Shown piece by piece: positions 39,464-46,838 of a stretch of 64,000 bases of DNA. A program made the position numbers and the translations under genes. The stretch is taken from the IMG/VR virus record IMGVR_UViG_3300010396_000007, positions 34,678 through 98,677 of that record. One strand, written 5' to 3'. Each line of letters opens with the position of its first letter. Position 1 is the stretch's first letter. The notes beneath the pieces are model-generated. The model was not told where the DNA came from. It saw nothing but the letters and a program-made list of their open reading frames with translations, and ran no database searches. The DNA is from a virus.

Positions 39464-39886
39464 CTACTTGCTGTATGCCGTTGATAACGCATCGGCTTGC
39501 GTGTTCATTTCACGAGGAACCCAATCAATCGAAACGAAGATATTCTTACTACGAATTCTAGTAAGCTCTTTTGCTGCATTGAGATACGCAGGATAATAAA
39601 TACCATCCTTTGCTCTCCAACGTTTCGACATGACATTAATGACAAGTTGGGAATCACCACGAATGAATAATCTGTCAGATTGTGTTAAAATAGGACCTAT
39701 GTGTTCAAGACCTTTGTACAAGGCATGGAACTCAGCATAGTTATTACTGAAGGTTGCGTCCTTAAGTTCTCCGCTATCTTTAGCAAAAGAAACACCATCC
39801 TTGGTGGATGTATAGCCGTAACCTGCATGTGGACCGGGGTTTTTAGGACCACACGAACCATCAAAGTGCAAAACAAAGTCTGACAT
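39464..39886 (-). CDS. rnhA: Ribonuclease HI
   Basis: FDGSC.PKNPG, SNNYAEF, RGDSQLV, WVPREMNTQADALS. Confidence 0.9.
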   Translation of the reverse strand: MSDFVLHFDGSCGPKNPGPHAGYGYTSTKDGVSFAKDSGELKDATFSNNYAEFHALYKGLEHIGPILTQSDRLFIRGDSQLVINVMSKRWRAKDGIYYPAYLNAAKELTRIRSKNIFVSIDWVPREMNTQADALSTAYSK

Positions 39887-39895
39887 TCAACTACC

Positions 39896-39968
39896 ATTCT
39901 ACCACAAGTCAATTCAAATGTCAACAGGTATTTTTATATTTGACAAACTTTTTTTTCCATGGTAGAAT
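39896..39968. promoter_or_regulatory. Divergent sigma70-like promoter pair (TTGACA-17-TAGAAT on each strand, both with extended -10 TG)
   Basis: + ttgacaaacttttttttccatggtagaat (39940-39968); - ttgacatttgaattgacttgtggtagaat (39924-39896). Confidence 0.75.
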
Positions 39969-39975
39969 AGGGTTA

Positions 39976-42762
39976 ATGATTATTGCGGAAAGGGAACTTA
40001 CCCCGCTAGTCCTCAACCCTCCTTCAAATATTACTAGAGTAAAGGATACGGAGACAGAAGTCAAGCTTTTTGACTTCTTAGAGAAAACAAAGGACTTCGG
40101 GTTCGACGTAGAAACAAATCCCGTAAAAGACTTCTATTGGCGACGTATGCGCACTATGCAGTTTGGAACTGCACAGGAGCAGTATGTCGTAGATTTGAGA
40201 GATTACTGCGATGGTAACTCTGACATTCTATTTGCATGTCAAGGCAATTTTGGCGAGAAGCTTAGGCTACTAGCTCCACGTCTGTATGAACTACTACAAA
40301 AGCTAACGAAGTACTTATGCTCTAATGCGTGGGTCAAGACTGGTGTAAACCTTGGATTCGAATACATGTGTATGTATTGGCTCTTTGGTATTCGCATCTT
40401 TGGTCTGTATGACTGTATGCTTGCTGAGAAGTGCATCTACGCCGGATTGGGCGGTCATGCGTCTCTGAAGAACTACGACTTCTATTCGATGGAGTCTATG
40501 TTCGAACGTTACTTCGGCATGAGTATTGACAAGTCGCTGCAAATGTCATTTAACCTTGAGGATGATATTTCAGATGCGCAGTACGAATACGCCGCACTTG
40601 ATACGCGCACTCCCCTTGCTATAAAACTATTGCAGACAGTGATTGCTAGTGGTGAAACTCCAAAGAGCTTGAAAGCGAAAGGCAAGCCAAAGCTAGCCGA
40701 TTACCTTTGCTATCTTGATTCAATCATTCTTGGGGACAATCTCCATGAAATCATTGGAATCGAAAATGAAGCAATCTGCGGATTCATTGATATGCACATT
40801 CACGGCGAACGGATTGACCGTGATCGTTGGAAGGCGCGCGTTCAAAAGTCTAAAGACCGATTGGTTATAAATCTAAAAGAGCTTGATAAGATATTCTTAC
40901 CTATTGTCGGTTCAAAGAACGAAGCCATTAATGATAAAGAAATTGAGTTACGAGAGGCTGAGTGGAAAACACTAGGAGCCACACGCACAAATGAAGAAAT
41001 TCAAATGGCAATGGAGATTCGTAATCTCAATAAGTTAATCAAAAAAGATTCAATGAACATGGACCTAGCTCTGCAAAAAGCCGAGTTAGAAATTAAGTTA
41101 GACCAGTGGACACAGGCGCGCAAGGGACAGAAGGACATTCTCAAAGCTCAATGCAATGAGATGAAAAAGAAGCGCACCAAGATTAATAAGCTTAAAGACC
41201 AATGCGAGGGCGAAGCACTTATTAACTATGGTTCGGATGCGCAACTACGTGACGTGTTACAGGACCCTGAGAACGCACATATCTTCCCTCAGTTGTTCCG
41301 AAACGAACGTAAGGAAGGTAAGGCTACTGGCAACAAAGTTTCTCAAATTGAGAACCTTGATGATGACACTCTAGAAGAATATAACCATGTCCCTGTGATG
41401 AAGCTTATTCAGGAATACCACGGTCTGTCAAAAGAAATTGGAACATACGGAGATGCGTGGGCTACGGAGTGGGTAACTCATCCTTGTAAAGAGGAAGGAT
41501 GGCTGCACCCCGGAGATGGCCGCTTACATTCTACATTTAACCAGCTTGATGCTGCAACTGGGCGTTCAAGTTCAAGTCAGCCGAATGGTCAGAACCTCCC
41601 GCAAGATAAGGAAGTTCGCGGTTGCTTTATTGCAGACCCGCCTGATGAGAATATTCGAATAAGCAATTGCTGCGAATCAGAATGTCAGTACATGCCGGGT
41701 ATCAACACTAGGTATACTTATCGTTGTCTTGAGTGCGCAGAGTGGTGTGATACTCATGCCGAAGAATATGTAATCGTTACGGCTGATATGTCTGGTGCCG
41801 AGCTTCGTATCATTGCAGATGACGCGAATGATACATTGTGGATTCAAGCGTTCGCTCGTGGTGAAGATGTTCACTCAGTAGGAACTGAAATTCTTTATGA
41901 AGTAGAGTGGCCTAGGGAAGCTTTACCAGATTGTGCTTACTTCAAACTTCACACTGAAGAAACTGTAGCAAAAAATCCACTGTGTAAAGTAGGAGATGCG
42001 CAAAGACAGAAGTGTAAATGTCCGGGACACAAAGAGCGTCGTGACCATAATAAGGCTACGAACTTTTTGCTCGCGTATGGGGGCGGTCCTGCAACACTAG
42101 CGCTTAACATCAAAAAGAAGCTGAGTGAAGCAAAGCAGTTGATGGCGTTGCATGAAATCAAGAATCCTAACATCTGGGCATATCTTGATAAATCAGGCAA
42201 GCAAGCTGCAATGAATTTCAAAGCGTTCGATTTGTTTGGAAGACGCCGTTTACTTCCAGAACCTACACGCGAGCGCGCGGTAGAGAATTGCAAAGAGTAC
42301 AACGAAAAGAAACTGCGACTTACTGACGAGGCTTGTGAAAAAGCAATTGCTACCTTTGTTACTGTGAAGGGGCGCAAGCCTACTAAGTTAGAAGAATTTG
42401 AACTAACACATAGACCACCAACGGCGAATGAAGTTAGTAACAGTTTCTTTCAAATGTCAAGTAGCATCACGCGCCAAGGAAAGAATCACAGAATTCAAGG
42501 CACTAACGCAACGATTGCTAAGAAGGCTATGGGAGCAGGTTACTGTCCTGATGGGAAACCATTCTTGTTCCACACTCTGCCGCAATATAAGGCAAAGCTT
42601 ATCAAATTCGTGCATGATGAATTAGTCGTACAATGCCCGAAGAGATTTGGTAAGAAAGTTGCAGCGCTTATTGGGGATGCATTCAAGAGAGCAGCAGCAA
42701 TCAAAATGAAGCGTGTTGTCATGGAGTTTGACTACAACATTGACACATACTGGAAAAAGTGA
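39976..42762 (+). CDS. polA: Family A DNA polymerase with 3'-5' exonuclease
   Basis: FDVET and YAALD exonuclease motifs; TGRSSSSQPNGQNLP; ADMSGAELRI (A), KATNFLLAYG (B), VHDE (C). Confidence 0.95.
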   Translation: MIIAERELTPLVLNPPSNITRVKDTETEVKLFDFLEKTKDFGFDVETNPVKDFYWRRMRTMQFGTAQEQYVVDLRDYCDGNSDILFACQGNFGEKLRLLAPRLYELLQKLTKYLCSNAWVKTGVNLGFEYMCMYWLFGIRIFGLYDCMLAEKCIYAGLGGHASLKNYDFYSMESMFERYFGMSIDKSLQMSFNLEDDISDAQYEYAALDTRTPLAIKLLQTVIASGETPKSLKAKGKPKLADYLCYLDSIILGDNLHEIIGIENEAICGFIDMHIHGERIDRDRWKARVQKSKDRLVINLKELDKIFLPIVGSKNEAINDKEIELREAEWKTLGATRTNEEIQMAMEIRNLNKLIKKDSMNMDLALQKAELEIKLDQWTQARKGQKDILKAQCNEMKKKRTKINKLKDQCEGEALINYGSDAQLRDVLQDPENAHIFPQLFRNERKEGKATGNKVSQIENLDDDTLEEYNHVPVMKLIQEYHGLSKEIGTYGDAWATEWVTHPCKEEGWLHPGDGRLHSTFNQLDAATGRSSSSQPNGQNLPQDKEVRGCFIADPPDENIRISNCCESECQYMPGINTRYTYRCLECAEWCDTHAEEYVIVTADMSGAELRIIADDANDTLWIQAFARGEDVHSVGTEILYEVEWPREALPDCAYFKLHTEETVAKNPLCKVGDAQRQKCKCPGHKERRDHNKATNFLLAYGGGPATLALNIKKKLSEAKQLMALHEIKNPNIWAYLDKSGKQAAMNFKAFDLFGRRRLLPEPTRERAVENCKEYNEKKLRLTDEACEKAIATFVTVKGRKPTKLEEFELTHRPPTANEVSNSFFQMSSSITRQGKNHRIQGTNATIAKKAMGAGYCPDGKPFLFHTLPQYKAKLIKFVHDELVVQCPKRFGKKVAALIGDAFKRAAAIKMKRVVMEFDYNIDTYWKK

Positions 42763-42768
42763 GGATAT

Positions 42769-43167
42769 TTGAAAGAGTTTAAAACAATTGTGCCGTTTTC
42801 ACCTTATAGATATCGTGTGTACGTATTGTTTACCGATAGTTTACAAGGATCGGCTGACAATTTAGCTAATCAAGGATTTTTAGCAAAAAACCATGGGATT
42901 TCTAATGACGGAACCACGGGAGGGTTTACTGTACGACTTCCTAACCAAAGTTGTACCTTTGTAGTTTTAAAGTATCGCGCTCCTATAAACGATATAGTCC
43001 ACGAGTGTTACCATGCTGTTTGTAATATGTTTAAATGGATTGGTGCTGAACATGAAGAAGAGGTTTTTGCCTATCACTTGGATTATCTAGTTTATCAAAT
43101 ATTACGTGACCAAGAAAAAACATTAAAAAAGATTGAAAAAAGTCTTGACAAATCAAAAGAAGTGTGA
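42769..43167 (+). CDS. HExxH-motif hypothetical protein
   Basis: IVHECYHAV...EEVFAY. Confidence 0.6.
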   Translation: MKEFKTIVPFSPYRYRVYVLFTDSLQGSADNLANQGFLAKNHGISNDGTTGGFTVRLPNQSCTFVVLKYRAPINDIVHECYHAVCNMFKWIGAEHEEEVFAYHLDYLVYQILRDQEKTLKKIEKSLDKSKEV

Positions 43168-43179
43168 TAAGATGGTTAT

Positions 43180-43719
43180 ATGCGTGGAAGAAAGATGAAA
43201 ATAAATTTAGAGGGAAAGCGATTCGGACGATGGATTGTTAATAAAAAGAGTCCTCTAAAGAAAAGAGAAATTTTCTGGACATGCACATGCGAATGTGGTA
43301 CAGTAAGAGATGTAAGAGGTAATGATTTAAAAAATGGCGATTCTACTTCATGCGGCTGCAAACGGGATGAAAAAAGAGGACAAAATAGGTTGCGACCATA
43401 TGAATCTATTTACAATCTTATTTTAAAAAATCCAGATAAACATAAAGTTGACTTAACTTATGAGCAATTTGTTAAGTTTACAGAAATTAACGAATGTTCA
43501 TATTGCAAGTCGAGTGTTAACTGGTCTGCATATGATTACAAAAAGAACGGTAGTGCTTATAACCTTGATAGAAAAGACAGCAATTTGGGCTACTCTATCG
43601 AGAATTGTGTAGTATCGTGTAAACGATGTAATAGAGCCAAAAACAATCACTTTACTTATGAAGAATGGGTTAAAATAGGAGAGTTAATACAATCATGGAA
43701 TCTATCATCAAAAGGATAG
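43180..43719 (+). CDS. HNH homing endonuclease (paralog of 38473..39039)
   Basis: WTCTCECG, STSCGC, LDRKDSNLGYSIENCVVSCKRCNRAK; own promoter TTGACA-17-TAAGAT at 43145-43173. Confidence 0.85.
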   Translation: MRGRKMKINLEGKRFGRWIVNKKSPLKKREIFWTCTCECGTVRDVRGNDLKNGDSTSCGCKRDEKRGQNRLRPYESIYNLILKNPDKHKVDLTYEQFVKFTEINECSYCKSSVNWSAYDYKKNGSAYNLDRKDSNLGYSIENCVVSCKRCNRAKNNHFTYEEWVKIGELIQSWNLSSKG

Positions 43720-44138
43720 AAATTGATACATGGAAAAGCAGTCATTTAATCTTTATTGATAATGGACCCGTGAGCGTCGGAGCTAAAACACGTCAATTCA
43801 GTGTTTTATCAAGTTCAACCAAAGCGCTACTGGGGTACGTTAAATGGTACACACATTGGAGGAAATATTGTTTTTATCCCCTAAACTCTCTTTTCGATGA
43901 CCAATGCCTTGAAGAAGTTGCACAATTTATGTGGGAAGCAACTGATGCTCATATGGGAAGGTTGCCTAACATCAAGCGTGCCAAGGCTTTAGAGCAAAGA
44001 AAGAGACAACGAAGAATTGAGCAGTTGACAAAGCGAAAGAAAAGTAGTACAATGGTTTCAAAGGTTGAGGTTCCGGCTCCTGAAAAGCCGGTGGTGGAGG
44101 GCGGCGGTTTAGCCCCTGAAATACAAGGAGATGTATGA
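43695..44138 (+). CDS. Hypothetical protein
   Basis: LGYVKWYTHWRKYCFYP phage-type motif. Confidence 0.6.
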   Translation: MESIIKRIEIDTWKSSHLIFIDNGPVSVGAKTRQFSVLSSSTKALLGYVKWYTHWRKYCFYPLNSLFDDQCLEEVAQFMWEATDAHMGRLPNIKRAKALEQRKRQRRIEQLTKRKKSSTMVSKVEVPAPEKPVVEGGGLAPEIQGDV

Positions 44139-44350
44139 TTCTAGGAATTGTAACTGTAGTGGCAGTAGGCGTTGCGGTATATGAATATTTTACAAATGCC
44201 GCATTCAAAGCGGAAGTAGAATCTTCAATTACAACTGCAAACGCAGAAGTAGCTAATCTTGAAGCAAAGGCAAAGAGTGGCGTAGCTGTAGTTGAAGCAG
44301 ATTTTGCAAAAGTAAAGACAGCAGTGGCAGCAATTATCGCAAAGCTGTAA
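44135..44350 (+). CDS. Small membrane-anchored protein
   Basis: N-terminal TM helix, Ala-rich; GGAG RBS. Confidence 0.6.
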   Translation: MILGIVTVVAVGVAVYEYFTNAAFKAEVESSITTANAEVANLEAKAKSGVAVVEADFAKVKTAVAAIIAKL

Positions 44351-44355
44351 AAGCT

Positions 44356-44431
44356 GTGGAGAGGTTGTTGGTTCGAATCCAATCCGCCGCCCTTTAGTGG
44401 ACGGAGGTAGCTCACTGGTAGAGCGCTCCAC
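44356..44431 (+). ncRNA. Circularly permuted tRNA-like RNA (T arm, closed acceptor-like stem, D arm; YrlA-like topology)
   Basis: GTGGAG-aggtt-GTTGG TTCGAAT CCAAT-ccgccgccc..ggacggagg-TAGCTC ACTGGTA GAGC-g-CTCCAC. Confidence 0.65.
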
Positions 44432-44436
44432 TATAA

Positions 44437-44510
44437 TTTCCCGTAGTGGTAAACACCAAGCCATGACTACTTGCAAAGGTTGTGCAGGTTCGAAAATCCT
44501 GCCGGGAGAG
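44437..44510 (+). pseudogene. Degenerate tRNA-like element (possible TGC loop)
   Basis: TTTCCCG/CGGGAGA acceptor; GCAGG TTCGAAAAT CCTGC enlarged T arm; weak anticodon stem; no CCA. Confidence 0.4.
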
Positions 44511-44514
44511 CTTA

Positions 44515-44599
44515 ACTCATATACTTAACATCTGTAGCGGTTCGAATCCGCTCGAACCTTGGCTTGGGCAGATATAAGGCTAGCTTCTGGTATATGAGT
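44515..44599 (+). ncRNA. T-loop-containing structured RNA with 10-bp closing stem
   Basis: ACTCATATAC/GTATATGAGT; ATCTG/CAGAT; AGCGG TTCGAAT CCGCT. Confidence 0.55.
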
Positions 44600-44604
44600 G
44601 ACGT

Positions 44605-44915
44605 ATTGATTACGCACGTTGAAGGTTAGTTTGTTTCCAATAAGACGCGGGTTCGACTCCCGCCTAGTCCACCAATTTATGTAACATTGTTTTTACTATG
44701 GGCTAGTCATGGTTTCGATTGTTGGATGAATGAATTGTAACTTGCTTGCCGATAGCTGACTATCGTAATAAGCAGAAAAACAATAGACGGCAAATCCGTT
44801 TATGACAAGATGGTAGCAGCCCTTTCTGTGGAAACACAGGAAGTTGCTTCCGAACTTGTAATGGCCTAAACAGCCGGGGTCTAGACCACGGACCTAGCAA
44901 CAGAAGTCTCGCAGT
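44605..44915 (+). ncRNA. ssrA: Circularly permuted (two-piece) tmRNA
   Basis: Acceptor piece ends GACGCGGGTTCGACTCCCGCCTAGTCCACCA (44674); coding piece starts GGGCTAG (44700) with G3:U70; PK1 CGATAG/CTATCG; tag ORF 44789-44869; outer boundaries approximate. Confidence 0.9.
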
Positions 44916-45082
44916 GCCTTCACAGGCCGAGAGATAGTGGTATAAGATTGAAGCAGAGGGGATTGTACTGGCGGAAGCTTAAAACCCCGGTTGTGGAACG
45001 GCGCAGCGAATCAACGAAGCATGTACATGACTTTTAGGTGCGTAAGACTTTTCAATAGTAAAACTTCGCACAAACATTGACT

Positions 45083-45159
45083 GTGGGGCAGGCAACTATT
45101 GGCTTGTTGCGGAGGATTGTGACTCCTCTTCTGGGCGTTCGATTCGCCGCCTCACCCCA
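45083..45159 (+). tRNA. tRNA-His(GTG)
   Basis: GTGGGGC/GCCTCAC-CCCA; GAGGA TTGTGAC TCCTC; GGCG TTCGATT CGCC. Confidence 0.8.
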
Positions 45160-45160
45160 T

Positions 45161-45239
45161 CAGGGACAGGGCCATGAAGCAGGCCACTCGCTTTGGAAGC
45201 GAGAATATCGTCAGAGTGCGAATCTCTGGTCCCTGACCA
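45161..45239 (+). tRNA. tRNA-Pro(TGG), atypical D/T loops
   Basis: CAGGGAC/GTCCCTG-ACCA; CTCGC TTTGGAA GCGAG. Confidence 0.8.
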
Positions 45240-45340
45240 TATTGAGCCGCTGGCGTGGGCGTGCATGAGGGACAGAGTGGGGTCCAATATCAGGACCCCT
45301 AGTTGACCACGACAACTGCCCTGCGATTTTAGGAGAAGGA

Positions 45341-45541
45341 ATGCCGCTGTATACATATAAATGTCCCGTATGTGATCGGACAAAAGAGGTTTTGCAAAAA
45401 GCACAAGATGCGGCACCTGAATGTGAAGTACATGATGACGCTCGCGGTGGTAGTCCTGTTTACATGACGCGCGTATTGAGTACGCCAAGCGCACCGCAGT
45501 GGAATTGCCGTACAGCACATTCACGTAGTAAAGGATTCTAA
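45341..45541 (+). CDS. FmdB-like zinc-ribbon protein
   Basis: MPLYTYKCPVC...PEC...MTRVLS. Confidence 0.75.
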   Translation: MPLYTYKCPVCDRTKEVLQKAQDAAPECEVHDDARGGSPVYMTRVLSTPSAPQWNCRTAHSRSKGF

Positions 45542-45741
45542 TGGAAAATATTGATTTCACTAAGGAATTAACAATTGGTATAAACGATCATCCTTCTATT
45601 AAATTTCATTTTGATACCAAGAATTTCCATAGTCCTGATACCGTTTGGTTTTTAGATTCTATTTCATTTGATGGGTGCAACCAAGACTGCCCTAAAGAAT
45701 TTTACCAAGAGATTATCAAATTTTGTCAAGAAAAGATTTAG
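45541..45741 (+). CDS. Hypothetical protein
   Basis: Translationally coupled ORF. Confidence 0.5.
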   Translation: MENIDFTKELTIGINDHPSIKFHFDTKNFHSPDTVWFLDSISFDGCNQDCPKEFYQEIIKFCQEKI

Positions 45742-45744
45742 TTC

Positions 45745-45816
45745 GCCGGTTCCCGTGGCGTGGAGTGCAGGCTCATACCCTTGCGCTGCTAGGCTCGTTT
45801 CCTAGGACCGGCACCA
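45745..45816 (+). tRNA. Atypical tRNA with CAT anticodon (Met/Ile2), reduced D arm
   Basis: GCCGGTT/GACCGGC-ACCA; CTCATAC loop; CTAGG CTCGTTT CCTAG. Confidence 0.6.
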
Positions 45817-45824
45817 AGAGGTAA

Positions 45825-45923
45825 GTACGCCACTTAAAAAGTGCAATATACCTTCGCTGTGATGGCGGTAGGGGCAGTGGCTAACTTTGCAAATCCTAGT
45901 GATCCCTGCAAGGAGTGGCGTAC
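45825..45923 (+). ncRNA. Unidentified structured RNA
   Basis: 10-bp closing stem GTACGCCACT/AGTGGCGTAC with internal helices, between tRNA genes. Confidence 0.45.
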
Positions 45924-45935
45924 ACGGCCTATTTC

Positions 45936-46011
45936 GCGGGATTAACTCAGTGGCTAGAGTATCTGCTTTACACGCAGAGAGTCCGGGGTTCGAATCCCTG
46001 ATCCCGCACCA
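45936..46011 (+). tRNA. tRNA-Val(TAC)
   Basis: Canonical cloverleaf; TCTGC TTTACAC GCAGA; CCA end. Confidence 0.95.
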
Positions 46012-46234
46012 AGCAGGTATATCGGGTTGAATTGACAACCTATCAGCGGGGGCACGCGATATACCGTAAGAAGGCTCAACGCTTTCACTTGCTGTTTGAT
46101 GAGCCATTCAAATTAAATGCAACAGCAGGGGTTGTGAATGGTTTGCCTTAAAATCTTTCTGACTTGCGGCATGAATAGAAACCGATGACTTTTAGCCGGG
46201 TATTTTCAATATGTAAAACCTGGAAACATTTTGT

Positions 46235-46325
46235 GGGGGTTTGGCTCAGTGGCGACGGCAGCAGGCTGTAACCCTGCGACCCTAAGCGGTGAACACCAGA
46301 GGTTCGACTCCTTTAGCCCCCACCA
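46235..46325 (+). tRNA. tRNA-Tyr(GTA)
   Basis: GCAGG CTGTAAC CCTGC; long variable arm; ACCA. Confidence 0.9.
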
Positions 46326-46333
46326 AACGAAGC

Positions 46334-46420
46334 GCCGGTATGGTGGAATTGGCAGACACAGCAGACTTAGAATCTGCCGCCCGTAAGGGCATAGGGGTTC
46401 AAGTCCCTTTACCGGCACCA
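46334..46420 (+). tRNA. tRNA-Leu(TAG)
   Basis: GCAGA CTTAGAA TCTGC; long variable arm; ACCA. Confidence 0.95.
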
Positions 46421-46422
46421 AG

Positions 46423-46507
46423 TTAGGCATACGCGCATCGTAAGCGCATGGGATGTAGTGGTATAGGCCGGTTCGAATCCGGCGCATTCTGTTACGAGTA
46501 TGCCTAA
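46423..46507 (+). ncRNA. tRNA-elbow-mimic RNA with long closing stem
   Basis: TTAGGCATAC/GTATGCCTAA; CGTAA/TTACG; GGGATGT/GCATTCT; AGTGGTA D-loop-like; GCCGG TTCGAAT CCGGC. Confidence 0.6.
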
Positions 46508-46512
46508 GTTTT

Positions 46513-46600
46513 GCCCTTGTGATGGAATTGGCAGACATAGCGGACTTAAAATCCGCAGCCCTCAGTGGGCGTAGGGGTTCAAGTCCCTTCAGGGGCACCA
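46513..46600 (+). tRNA. tRNA-Leu(TAA)
   Basis: GCGGA CTTAAAA TCCGC; ACCA. Confidence 0.95.
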
Positions 46601-46602
46601 GT

Positions 46603-46679
46603 CGCCGTATAGCTCAATCGGCTAGAGCACTTCGCTTATAACGGAGAGGTTAGGAGTTCGATGCTCCTTACGGCCACCA
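46603..46679 (+). tRNA. tRNA-Ile(TAT)
   Basis: CTTCG CTTATAA CGGAG; canonical D/T arms; ACCA. Confidence 0.85.
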
Positions 46680-46701
46680 AATTATTAACTTCGTTTTCTT
46701 C

Positions 46702-46730
46702 TTGACTTCCCCAAAAAAATTTAGTATAAT
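46702..46730 (+). promoter_or_regulatory. sigma70-like promoter TTGACT-17-TATAAT
   Basis: Near-consensus, 9 nt upstream of tRNA-Ser. Confidence 0.8.
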
Positions 46731-46739
46731 GGTGTCAAT

Positions 46740-46829
46740 GGAGCGTTGGGTGAGAGGTTTAAACCAGTGCTTTGCTAAAGCACCGACCCCGAAAGGGGTC
46801 CGCACGTTCGAATCGTGTGCGCTCCTCCA
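46740..46829 (+). tRNA. tRNA-Ser(GCT)
   Basis: GTGCT TTGCTAA AGCAC; long variable arm; TCCA. Confidence 0.9.
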
Positions 46830-46838
46830 TAGGATTAA

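Noticed and set aside
41640-41770. Intein in the DNA polymerase
   Set aside because: Insert is ~40 aa and lacks intein C/S start and HN-C/S/T end motifs
46100-46230. Hammerhead ribozyme (TGATGA...GAAA)
   Set aside because: No exact CUGAUGA core with correctly placed stems
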